Assembly: GCA_964016885.1 (NCBI GenBank)
Contig: OZ024742.1
Coordinates: 196,292,001 to 196,356,000 of the forward strand
Direction of reading: 5' to 3'
DNA from: Eledone cirrhosa
Lineage: Eukaryota
Length of the DNA stretch: 64,000 nt
Shown here: one piece after another, positions 26,369-37,232 of the stretch
Numbering within the stretch: the first letter of the stretch is position 1
Layout: each line of letters starts with the position of its first letter
Translations under genes and position numbers: made by a program
Notes under the pieces: model-generated
Databases searched by the model: none
The model's input: the letters and a program-made list of their open reading frames with translations, nothing else
What the model was told of the DNA's origin: nothing

Positions 26369-26597
26369 TTAACCCTTTAGCACTTACATTATTCTATATA
26401 TACAATTATATTTTCATGGTAAAGGCTTTACCTCACAAAATTATCTCACATAATAGCAAATGTGTAAGATTTTGATATTATTTATTTTGAGAACAATACC
26501 ATAACATTAGTATGAGTGGGTGGTTACAGCCGGTTTGAACAGAACGAGGTGAGAGAATTCTGGCCGGATATGGCCGGTTTAAATGCTAAAGAGTTAA
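26369..26597 (+). mobile_element. piggyBac-type MITE 1
   Basis: TTAA-CCCTTTAGCA...TGCTAAAGAG-TTAA. Confidence 0.88.
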
Positions 26598-26912
26598 ATA
26601 TCGTTTTCCTTGATCTTTCATCTACGGATTTCTACCATCTAATATATATCTACACACATATATATATATATATATATCCTACCCTTTCCATACCAGCATG
26701 AGTGATAGGCTGAAACAGTCAAAGACCAAGTAAATAAGAGCAACCAATCTTGTTCGTTACGTTCCATATTTGGCATGGTTTCAGTGGCTGGGTGCCCTTC
26801 CTAATACCAACCACCTAACAGGATGCAGTGGGTACAATTTTATCAATTTTTATAACACCAACATTACTACTTTACCGAGTAGATTGGGTGCTATTTATTG
26901 TAGCATCAGCAC

Positions 26913-26950
<38 letters not shown>

Positions 26951-27102
26951 CCCATGCAAGCGTAGAAAAATAGACGTTAAACGGTAATGATGATATACAA
27001 ATAAGAAAAGTAAACAATAGAATGATGATATATATATATTAGTTTTATGCTTGACATAGTAAGAAAAGAGTCTTAACACACATATTACATTGCATCATAT
27101 AT

Positions 27103-27463
27103 ATCGGTCGGCCGCCATGCTTTGACGCATAGAGTTACGGTCCTTGCCATTCTGAGTTCAAATCCCGCCGAGGTTAACTTTGCCTTTCATCCTTACGGGG
27201 TCGATAAAATAAAGTACCAGTAATGCACTGAGTAATTGCTGGCCTTGTGCCAAAAGTAGAAACAATTATTTAGGGCGGTGGATTGGCAGTATCGGTAGAG
27301 GGTCGGACGCCATGCTTTGCTGCAAAGAGTTACGGCCCTTTATGGTCTGAGTTCAAATCCCGCCGAGGTTAACTTTGCCTTTCATCCTTACGGGGTCGAT
27401 AAAATAAAGTACCAGTAATGCACTGGGTAATTGCTGGCCTTGTGCCAAAAGTAGAAACAATTA
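27103..27463 (+). mobile_element. Two tandem SINE family 1 copies (27103-27270, 27272-27463)
   Basis: Head-to-tail copies; the second starts right after the first copy's ATT tail. Confidence 0.9.
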
Positions 27464-27600
27464 TATACATATATTAATGACAAAGCCCAAACAATGGTTT
27501 TAGTCATTTACTTTTATATTACCACAATGCTTTCAAAACTGCCTCAAAACGGTGTGTGTGTGTGGAGGGGGGGACCTTAAACGATGATGATGATTATATA

Positions 27601-27703
27601 TATAAGGTGTTCCAAAAAAAAATGTACACACACTTTGACTGCGTAAAAGTATGTATATATTTTGTGTAAAAGTGTGTATATATTTTGGGGTGACATCCTG
27701 TAT
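27601..27703. mobile_element. Short Tc1/mariner-like MITE
   Basis: Imperfect TIRs ta-taaggtgttccaaaa..tacacacacttt / aaagtgtgtata..tttggggtgacatcctg-ta. Confidence 0.5.
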
Positions 27704-27993
27704 ATACACACACATACATATATATGTATGTATGCGTGTAAAGCTTTGATGATGATGGTGCAAATTTGCAATTGCTCATATATTACTGAATGGAGGTCTT
27801 CCTTGTATTTTCATGGAAAAATTGTGACTTCTACACGAGTGTATATAGTTTCTAACGAATGCCGTGTGCGTGACTATGTTGAAATAGTTAAAATTACTAA
27901 TAATAGCTATATTAAATAAACTACATATTAAGGTTTCTATTATTGAGAAGAAGTAAAAGAGCTAGAGAGAAACAGAAAGCTGACAATAAATTG

Positions 27994-28183
27994 AATAATT
28001 GTTTCTACTATTGGCACAAGGCCTGCAATTATCCCAGTGTATTACTGGTACTTTATTTTATTGACCCCATAAGGATGAAAGGCAAAGTTAACCTCGGCGG
28101 GATTTGAACTCAGACCATAAAGGGCCGTAACTCTTTGCTGCAAAGCATGGCGTCCGACCCTCTACCGATACTGCCAATCCACC
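27994..28183 (-). mobile_element. SINE family 1
   Basis: Reverse complement of 27272-27463. Confidence 0.9.
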
Positions 28184-28486
28184 TGTCTGATCATTTGTTT
28201 GACTTGACACAGAGGGCAACGGTCTAAAAATTAAAATATGTTTATTTATTTAACTCTGCTTTGCGTTGGCCATTGTTTTTAGTGGGTTAAAAAAAAATAA
28301 TATATATACATTTATATATAATTTGAGACAAAGAAACATTGTCTTTTAAATTTTATTGGTACATATGTATTATATACACATACATACACTCACACCTATA
28401 TGTTTATACACACACACACGCGCACAGACATCTTCCTTTTCTTTTTTCTCTCAGCCTACTGGCTCAATACAGGCATTTAGATTGAT

Positions 28487-28519
<33 letters not shown>

Positions 28520-28870
28520 TAGTTGGCTGAATATATACAGGCTTTTTTTCTCAAAAAATATTTTTGTTCTTTCTCATTCTCTTTGCTATTTCTTCTTTTA
28601 TATCTCTTTTGATGAAAAACTAGTCCCCAAAACGTATAGACTCTTTTCCTACTATATCAAGCATTAAACTAATATATTCCTTCATTGTATTGTGTTAGAT
28701 TTATTGTTTCCATTTATTTTTTGCATACATACATTATATATATATGTGAATATAGACATAGAATATTCGAAAATATTCTGTATGTTTATAATAAACATTT
28801 TGAAGACCTAATCGCTATAGAATAGAATACGTCACGTATTACAATTAGATTCTCGATAAAAGCAAGGGAA

Positions 28871-28913
28871 GTAATCTACGCGTTTCATTCTTATTAGAAA
28901 TCTTCAGGACTAC
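28871..28913 (-). ncRNA. Minimal type I hammerhead ribozyme, copy 1
   Basis: Minus strand GUAGUC-CUGAAGA-U(UUCU-AAUA-AGAA)U-GAAA-CGCG-U-A-GAUUAC: full core, stems I and II, palindromic ACGCGU stem III, GUA cleavage triplet. Confidence 0.85.
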
Positions 28914-29180
28914 ATATCCAGTGCTTTTATCGAGAATGACACAGCTAGAGACTTATAGAATACTTAGCTGTGTACAGGAACTGGTTTGAAAGAGCGGTTG
29001 CCGGTCCGGCAGAAATTAGAAATTGGAATAAATGCTCTGAAATAGCGATATATATGTGAATATAGACATAGAATATTCGAAAATATTCTGTATGTTTATA
29101 ATAAACATTTTGAAGACCTAATCGCTATAGAATAGAATACGTCACGTATTACAATTAGATTCTCGATAAAAGCAAGGGAA

Positions 29181-29223
29181 GTAATCTACGCGTTTCATTC
29201 TTATTAGAAATCTTCAGGACTAC
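29181..29223 (-). ncRNA. Minimal type I hammerhead ribozyme, copy 2
   Basis: Identical to copy 1, offset +310. Confidence 0.85.
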
Positions 29224-29490
29224 ATATCCAGTGCTTTTATCGAGAATGACACAGCTAGAGACTTATAGAATACTTAGCTGTGTACAGGAACTGGTTTGAA
29301 AGAGCGGTTGCCGGTCCGGCAGAAATTAGAAATTGGAATAAATGCTCTGAAATAGCGATATATATGTGAATATAGACATAGAATATTCGAAAATATTCTG
29401 TATGTTTATAATAAACATTTTGAAGACCTAATCGCTATAGAATAGAATACGTCACGTATTACAATTAGATTCTCGATAAAAGCAAGGGAA

Positions 29491-29533
29491 GTAATCTACG
29501 CGTTTCATTCTTATTAGAAATCTTCAGGACTAC
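29491..29533 (-). ncRNA. Minimal type I hammerhead ribozyme, copy 3
   Basis: Identical to copy 1, offset +620. Confidence 0.85.
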
Positions 29534-29743
29534 ATATCCAGTGCTTTTATCGAGAATGACACAGCTAGAGACTTATAGAATACTTAGCTGTGTACAGGAA
29601 CAGGTTTACGTGACGTATTCTATTCTATAGCGATTAGGTCTTCAAAATGTTTATTATAAACATACAGAATATTTTCGAATATTCTATGTCTATATTCACA
29701 TATATATCGCTATTTCAGAGCATTTATTCCAATATATATATAT

Positions 29744-29880
29744 GTTTTCTACAGCTGGGTGCCCTTCCTAACACCGACCACATTTACGGTGTGTGCTGGA
29801 TGCTTTTTGTTGCGTCACCTACATGACCACATTACAGTTTGGACTGCACACTTTTTGTTGTGTCACAGACACGACCACTT
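29744..29880 (-). mobile_element. RTE 3'UTR fragment
   Basis: ctacagctgggtgcccttcctaacaccgaccacatttac matches the RTE 3'UTR. Confidence 0.7.
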
Positions 29881-29895
29881 TATATATATATATAT

Positions 29896-32800
29896 ATCAT
29901 CATCATCATCAATGTTTAACGTCCGTGTTCCACGCTTGCATGGGTTTGGACGGGGGTAGTCCCACTTGAGGCAAGAGTGATTGTCTTGCTCGCATAGGAC
30001 TGTCTGGCAGGTTTTTTACAGTTGGATGCCCTTCCTAACACCAACCACATTTACAGTGTGGGTCTGGGAGGTTTTTACCGTGTTGCCTACACGGCCACAT
30101 TACAGCGTGGACTGTGTGTTTTTTTTGTCGTGACACCTACACGATCTCATTTGTTTCGGCCTGGATGGCGCAGCACCAACATAACTTTACATAGAACGGG
30201 GTGGTGTGGATGGGGTGGGGGTGGTGGTGGTGGGACGGGGTGTATTTTGTTAGAGATGCCTACTGGCTGGAGTAGGTTTTACTATATATATTTAGGTAAG
30301 GCGGGTCTTCTCTGTTACTGAGTACCGCCAAAGGTCTCGGTCCAGTGACATTGTCTTGGAGAGGTGTAAGTGTGTGATGTCGGAGTTTATCAGCTCGTCC
30401 CAGGTTTTTCTAGGTCTGCCTATTCCGTGACTACCGTCTATCTTTATTGCCCTGCACTTTGTTATACAGCTATCGACTTTCATGCGCATCACGTGTCCAT
30501 ACCAACGTAGTCTTCTCTCGAGTAAACAACATCTGATCCCTCTTATCTCTAATTTTTTCCTTAGTTCGTTTCTGCTTTGCCGTTCACGTATATTACTGTT
30601 ACACATCCAGCGGAGAATGCAAGCTTCGTTCCTCTCTAGTCTGCGTATATCCTCTGCACACAATGCCCAGGTCTCACTGCCATGCAACATTGCTGTTCGT
30701 ATGCAGGCATCGTACAACCTGCCTTTCATTTTTAGGGAGAACCCTTTAGCAGCTAATAGTGGTATAAGCTCTCTGAACTTTTTCCAACCAGTTCTGACTC
30801 TAGCTACAGTACTTTCAGAGCACCCTCCCCCACTGCTGATTTTATCGCCCAGGTAACGGAAGCTGTCCACTATTTCTATAGAACTCTCTGCGCAATTAAA
30901 AGAGCTAGTATTTTGTGGGCACTTGCTGCTACTTATTGCACCAGAACACCGGCCACATGTAAAATCTATGTTCTTAGTTAGCTTACCTGTGATCCCACTA
31001 CATCTTTTATGCACCCATACTTTGCATTTAGGACATAAAATGGAGTTTCTACCTACGCCTTTCCTACACACCGAGCACGACCATTTCCCAGAAGGGACCG
31101 CCGCCTTGTTTTCTTTCCTACACACTAGAACTTTGGTCTTAGCCAGGTTAATTTTAAGTCCTTTTGACTCTAGGCCGTGCTTCCATGTTTGGAATTTCTT
31201 CTCTAGCTCGGCCATTGATTCCGCTATGAGTGTCAGGTCGTCTGCGTATAGGAGTTCCCATGGGCAGCCTGTCTTGAACTCCTCTGTTATAGCCTGAAGG
31301 GCAATAATAAATAGTAGGGGGCTGAGAACAGAGCCCTGATGGACGCCAACTTTTACGCTAAACTCTTCACTATATTCGTTGTTAATTCTAACCTTGCTGA
31401 CTGTTTCTTTATACATGGCTTGTATAGACCTCACAAGCCATTCGTCAACGCCTAGTTTTCTAAGAGCCCACCAGATAATGGAGCGGGGGACTCTGTCGAA
31501 GGCTTTCTCCAAGTCGACAAAAGCTAAGTAGAGGGGATTACCTTTAGCTAGGTACTTCTCCTGTAGTTGTCGTACTATGAAAAGAGCGTCTGTGGTACTT
31601 TTGCCTGACACAAACCCGAACTGCATTTCATCTAGGTCAATTCTCTCTCTGATTAGTTGCGCTATTACTTTTTCCGTGACCTTCATGACCTGGTCGATTA
31701 ATTTAATGCCTCTATAGTTACTCCTATCTAGGGCGTCTCCTTTACCCTTATAACAGTTAACGATGATGCTGCTATGCCAGTCCTTTGGAACAACCCCATT
31801 CTGTACGACTTGGTTAACTATGCGGGTGACCATGGTGTGTCCCACCGTGCCAGATGCCTTCAGCATCTCAGCAACTATTTCCGAAGGCCCAGCCGCCTTA
31901 CCCGTCTTCATATCCTTGATTGCCTTACTTATTATACTCCCCTCGACTAACACTGCTGGTCCCTCTATTGGGTCGATATGGGGGAGACCGTCTTTCTCCC
32001 ATTTATTCTCCTCATTTAGTAGCCTTTCATAGTGACACTTCCAAGCTACCTTCTTATCAGTGTCGGTGATGGCAAGTATGCCATCATCGTTAAGTACACA
32101 CTTCTCCCCGACAATATCATGGTTTTCCTTGACGCATTGCCTAGCAATCCTGAACACCTCACGTTTTTGGTCATCGCGTTGTAGAACATGCTTGAACTTT
32201 CTTTCCTCAGCTTTCCTTCTTGCTAAGTACACTTCTCTCCTAGCTTCCCTCCTGGCCACTTGATAGTCTACTCTACTTCCCCCATCCCGCCATACTTTCC
32301 AAGCCTGCTTTTTGGCCTTAATTGACCCCTCCACCTTACTGTTCCACCACCATGTTACTCTCCTCCTGCCTACAAGCCTGCTCCAGCCACAGACTTCGTC
32401 TGTCACCAACAGCAGGTTTGCTTTCAGAAATTCCCACTGTCCCTCTATATTGTCCGACTCTAAATGTTCTTCCTTACTGTCGAAAGCATCAAGTAATATG
32501 CTTTGAAATTTATTTCTGGCTGTGGGGTCCTTTAGCTTCCATATTTTTCTCCTGAGGATAGTCCTCTTCTGCTGTCGAGTACGTCTCGTCCTGACTATGA
32601 GGTCGCTAATTATCAGTCTATGTTGGGAGGTGCATTCTTCATGGGGGAGGGATTTAGTGTTTACAACAGACACTCCGTCACGTCTTCTGGTAAGGATATA
32701 ATCTACCTGGCTTGTGTGTTCCCCGGATCTATAGGTGATCAGGTGATTGTCACGTTTTTTGAAGTTAGTGTTACAGATAGTTAGGTTATTTGCATCACAG

Positions 32801-34028
32801 AATTCCAGGATTCTGGAGCCTTCCTCATTTCTAGTACCAAACCCATAGCCTCCATGGATTTCGTCGTAGCCGTCACAATGTTGTCCAATGTGACCATTTA
32901 GGTCGCCTGCAATAATTATATAGTCACTGTCAGATATTTGGGAGGTAGTTAGCAACAGTGTCTCATAGAATCTGTCTTTTATAGTGCCGGGCAGTCCGGA
33001 TTGGGGTGCGTACGCAGATATTACTGTCACCGTAGTTCTATTGAGGACAAGTCGTATTTTAATTATTCTGTCGTTCACTCTATTTACGTCTATTATCTTA
33101 TCTGCCCACTTTTCTGCTACCATGATTCCTACTCCACCCAGCCCATCGTCGTTTCCCACCCAGAAAAGCTTATAACATCGTTTTTTACCCTCAATGAATC
33201 TAGGAGACCCACCCCTCCACCTGGTCTCTTGAATACAACAAACATCGACCTCCTTACGTTCAAGCATTTCTACAACCTCGTTAGCGCGACCCTTTAGGGT
33301 GCCAACATTTATGGTACCAACTCTGAAGTTTTGGATTGCGTTTGGAGGGTGGGGGCGGTGGGGGGCGGGGGGAGATGGGGTTATGTTAGCCATCCGCGGA
33401 CGAAACAAAGAGGAGTGCTCGCATTCTCGTCCACGAGGTGAATTTGACTTTAACTTTGGCATTTTCGCTCTGAGTGTCCAGATTTTTCTCTCCCTTCCAC
33501 TCTCCAGGATTCCGCAGTCCGTCCATCCATCCATCCATCATATATCGAAGGCAACCGGGCAAGCGATAGTATAGGCCTCTGGCTTATGATTGGTCCGCGT
33601 AATAATAATAATGGTGATGCGTGGGGGGGGGGGGGGCTCTGGCTTATAATAATAATGGTGATGCGTGGGGGGGGCTCTGGCTTATGATTGGTCCACGTAT
33701 TAAGAATGGTGGTGTGTGGGGGCGGGTGGGAGGGGTGTGTGGTAGCTAGCTGGAAGGTTATGAATGTTTAACAAGCGATTAACAAAAAGCAAAACTGCAA
33801 GATTTGTTCTGTTCAATACGACAAAAACAACCGTATTTAAACCTAAATAAATAACAAAAAATACAGATTTCGGATTTTGCGAGATTGGATGTTTGGACTA
33901 TGTACGAAATTGGAGCGTGGAGTAGATAGAAAAATGTGTACGTTACGATTACATGGGTACACCGTAGTAGGAATAATTGAAGCAGCGATGGATTGGCGAA
34001 AAGTGAATAAACATGAAGGAGAACTTAT

Positions 34029-34079
<51 letters not shown>

Positions 34080-34201
34080 AGCTAAGAGAGAGAAAGAGGG
34101 GAAGGGGAAGAGAGAGAGAGGGGGGAAGGGGGAGAGAGAGAGTGGCTGACCGCAGCCCCTCGTGGAGTAGATGGAGGGTGGGTGAAGGGTGTAGAAGCGG
34201 G
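29896..34201 (-). mobile_element. Full-length RTE-clade LINE (subfamily B)
   Basis: (GAT)n tail at 29896, ~380-nt 3'UTR, intact ORF, CpG-rich 5' region to ~34201, (TA)n at both ends. The 5' boundary is inferred. Confidence 0.9.
30292..33534 (-). CDS. RTE LINE polyprotein: APE endonuclease + reverse transcriptase + PHD finger
   Basis: 1080 aa, uninterrupted. APE motifs NVGTL, CIQETRW, SAYAPQ, GDLNGH, DYIL, QHR. RT motifs YRGIKL, QFGF, FVDLEKAFDRV, QGSVLSPLLF, YADD, FRYLG. The true start may be a downstream Met (MPKLK or MANIT). Confidence 0.95.
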   Translation of the reverse strand: MDGWTDCGILESGRERKIWTLRAKMPKLKSNSPRGRECEHSSLFRPRMANITPSPPAPHRPHPPNAIQNFRVGTINVGTLKGRANEVVEMLERKEVDVCCIQETRWRGGSPRFIEGKKRCYKLFWVGNDDGLGGVGIMVAEKWADKIIDVNRVNDRIIKIRLVLNRTTVTVISAYAPQSGLPGTIKDRFYETLLLTTSQISDSDYIIIAGDLNGHIGQHCDGYDEIHGGYGFGTRNEEGSRILEFCDANNLTICNTNFKKRDNHLITYRSGEHTSQVDYILTRRRDGVSVVNTKSLPHEECTSQHRLIISDLIVRTRRTRQQKRTILRRKIWKLKDPTARNKFQSILLDAFDSKEEHLESDNIEGQWEFLKANLLLVTDEVCGWSRLVGRRRVTWWWNSKVEGSIKAKKQAWKVWRDGGSRVDYQVARREARREVYLARRKAEERKFKHVLQRDDQKREVFRIARQCVKENHDIVGEKCVLNDDGILAITDTDKKVAWKCHYERLLNEENKWEKDGLPHIDPIEGPAVLVEGSIISKAIKDMKTGKAAGPSEIVAEMLKASGTVGHTMVTRIVNQVVQNGVVPKDWHSSIIVNCYKGKGDALDRSNYRGIKLIDQVMKVTEKVIAQLIRERIDLDEMQFGFVSGKSTTDALFIVRQLQEKYLAKGNPLYLAFVDLEKAFDRVPRSIIWWALRKLGVDEWLVRSIQAMYKETVSKVRINNEYSEEFSVKVGVHQGSVLSPLLFIIALQAITEEFKTGCPWELLYADDLTLIAESMAELEKKFQTWKHGLESKGLKINLAKTKVLVCRKENKAAVPSGKWSCSVCRKGVGRNSILCPKCKVWVHKRCSGITGKLTKNIDFTCGRCSGAISSSKCPQNTSSFNCAESSIEIVDSFRYLGDKISSGGGCSESTVARVRTGWKKFRELIPLLAAKGFSLKMKGRLYDACIRTAMLHGSETWALCAEDIRRLERNEACILRWMCNSNIRERQSRNELRKKLEIRGIRCCLLERRLRWYGHVMRMKVDSCITKCRAIKIDGSHGIGRPRKTWDELINSDITHLHLSKTMSLDRDLWRYSVTEKTRLT

Positions 34202-34215
34202 ATATATATATATAT

Positions 34216-34550
34216 AGGCACATGGCTTAGTGGTTAGAGCATTGGCCTTGCAATCGAAAGGTTGTGAGTTCAATTCTCAGACCGGGTGATGTGTTGTTTC
34301 CTTGAGCAAGACACTTTATTTCACATTGCTCCAGTTTACTCAGCTGTAGAAATGAGATGATAGGACTGGGATCCATATCATTCCACTGCAAAGTGGTCGT
34401 GGAGGTGCCACGGCAAAAAAGCACCCAGCACTCACTGTAAATGAGGTTGGTGTTAGGAAGGGCATCCAGCTGTAGAAATCAAGCCAGAATCAGTTCCTGT
34501 CTCACCCTTGCAAGCAGGGAAAAGCGGACGTAAAATGAAATGATGATGAT
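34216..34550 (+). mobile_element. SINE family 2, full length
   Basis: Near-identical to 19487-19852. Confidence 0.93.
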
Positions 34551-35489
34551 ATATATATACATACATATATATATATACATATATATACATATATATATAT
34601 ATTGTATCAGGCCAATGGCAGTGGATTGGCTGAATCCTTAAAGCATTGGACAAATTCTTTGCAGTATTTGTTCCAGCTCTTTAGATTGTGTGTCCAAATA
34701 CTGCTCAGGTAACTTTGCCTTTCATTCAATTGAGGTTGATAAAATAGAAATACCAGTTAAGTACTTGGGTCAATATAACCAACATCCTTTTCCCCTCAAG
34801 ATTGCTGGCCTTGTGCCAAAAGTAGAAACTACTATTATTATTATTAGTGGCAGTGGTAGTAGTTTGATAGACATTTTATAATATAAATTACAACCCAATT
34901 GTAAATTAAATATATTCAGAAATTACATCATGTGAGAATACAGTTAAGTTTCTCTGAGAGATTTGAGATACATTTATCACAGTTTATGGCATTAAATATT
35001 GATTTCTGCATTGTTTCTAAAGAATACAGTCTTGCACATGATCTAAAAACAGAATTATTCTAGCACAGACTAGCGCAGTCATAAAGGGTTACACCTGTTC
35101 TCTAAAATTATCATCATTATCATTTTGTCTACTCTCCAAGCATGGGTTGAACAATTTTGCTCATTACACTTCGTATTTTGCATGGTTTCTATGGCTGGAT
35201 GCTCTTCCTGACAAACCACTTTACCAGGTGCATTTTTTGTGACATCAGCACAGGTGTATTTTTTGGTCACATTAGCACTATCATTTTACAGAGTGAACTG
35301 GGTATTTTTTATTATGGTATCAACACTACCCACTTACAGGGTATACTGGATGCATCTTATTGTGGACCAGCAACAGAGATGTTGTCATATACTAGGCCAG
35401 ACTGAAGAGTTCTCTCAAACTATCTATATTGTCTCCCATTGCCAAACACTAAACACCAGTCTGTCACCACATTTACTTTTAATGTCACT

Positions 35490-35840
35490 GTGCTGGATGT
35501 TTATTTTTGTATTAAGGCATATTGCCAATCAGGTCACTCCAGTGTCATCTTTGTCAGTGTTTGTACTGCTGAATAGGTCCTTTGTATTATGGCATAGCAC
35601 TACTCATTTCAGTGCTGTGTCATCTTTGTCAGTGTTTGTACTGGTGAATGGGTCTTTTTTATGGCATACCACCACTCAGCTCAGTTCGGTATCATCTTTG
35701 TCACAGTGTTTGTACTGGTGAATGGGTCTTTTGTATTATGGCCTACCACCACTCAGCTCAGTACTATGTCATCTTTGTCACAGTGTTTGTACTGGTGAAT
35801 GAGTCTTTTGTATTAAGGCATACCACTACTCATCTCAGTC
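35490..35840. repeat. Degenerate ~57-bp tandem repeat, 5-6 copies
   Basis: Recurring gtcatctttgtcagtgtttgtactggtgaatgggtcttttgtattatggcataccac. Confidence 0.85.
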
Positions 35841-37040
35841 CTTGTGAGGTTCAGTTTCTTGAGGATATTCTTCAATATCTGCTTTTACATACTGATGAAG
35901 GCCAAGTGGTTAGAGTGCTGAACTCACAATCATAAGGTCCATAAGGTCATGGATTTGTATCCTTGAGCAAGAGACTTCATTTCACTAATTTAGTACATTG
36001 ATGTATCCTCTATCAGTTTCAACAATGAGTGTTTAGTTGTTTGATCAACTGTACTATTTACACATTGATTTACATATAACTAGTTGAGTATTCCACATAA
36101 TTGTTAAACTGAACTAATGTGACACAATATGTGATAAGGTTAGACCATTGAATTGAATTATCTGAAAGGCTTCTATACAGTTTCCATCTACCAAATTTCA
36201 CTCACAGGTGATGGGTTGACCCAAGACTATGGTAAAAATACTTTTCCAAGATGTCAAACAGAAGGGTGGAATCTAGGACCTCATGATTGAAAAGAACTTA
36301 ACTACTCAGTCATACCTACATTCTCAAGACAATAGGTGGAATTTGTAGTATATTTGGCTGCTATTTCTAGCAGATCAAGGGACAACCTAGAGACACCCCC
36401 ATTGCATTGGGTCAGTATTAGTGTGTGTGTGTGGGGGGGGGGGGGTTGTATGTGTTGGCTTATAAAGTTGGTGAACTTGAATTAAATTGGTTTACAAGCA
36501 ATTAAAAAGTGTTGAGAAATTTCACGTTTCGTTATATAAACAGAAGAATTAACATGACTAGATATATCCCTTTTTATCCCTTTCAATTCCAATTAAATGT
36601 AATTAATACAAAGTTATTCAGCATTGCAAGTACAGTGGTGAATACATAACAGGGTATCGTGTTTAATTACAGATCCACTTAAATTATTAATTATTCCACT
36701 TTGATACAAATCCCATTTGACGTAATCCCTGATAGGGTTTAATGAAGTGAAAAAGAAAGTAATTAATCCTTTCATTATATTTCTAATGAAAGACACTGCC
36801 TCTAATTTAGAAATATTTATGAAAATAATCAAGAAGTTGCAGAGATTAAGTAATGTAACTTTCTTAGTCTTAAATTAGTGTTTGGAACATAATGGAATAA
36901 TGATGGAAGATTTTTAGATAAATATAAATACTTTAACTTTTTTGTTACTATCATAATATAATAAAGAGAGGAGCATGGGACTGTATCCAGAATATATTTT
37001 TTTATCCAGTTAGTAAAATAAGTTAAGATTACTTTGAATA

Positions 37041-37232
37041 AATAATTGTTTCTACTTTAGGCACAAGGCCAGCAATTACCCAGTGCATTACTGGTACTTT
37101 ATTTTATCGACCCCGTAAGGATGAAAGGCAAAGTCAACCTCGGCGGGATTTGAACTCAGATCGTAAAGGGACGTAACTATGCTGGAAAGCATGACGTCCG
37201 ACCCTCTACCGATACTGCCAATCCACCACCCT
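37041..37232 (-). mobile_element. SINE family 1 with 18-bp TSD
   Basis: TSD ttactttgaataaataat at 37029-37046 and 37235-37252. Confidence 0.93.

Larger units (their letters stand above)
28741..29733 (-). mobile_element. Hammerhead-containing 310-bp tandem array (about 2.8 units) plus 127-bp inverted copy; retrozyme / Penelope pLTR-like non-autonomous element
   Basis: Units start at 28741, 29051 and 29361 and look identical by eye. 29607-29733 is the reverse complement of part of the unit. (TA)n on both flanks. Confidence 0.9.
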
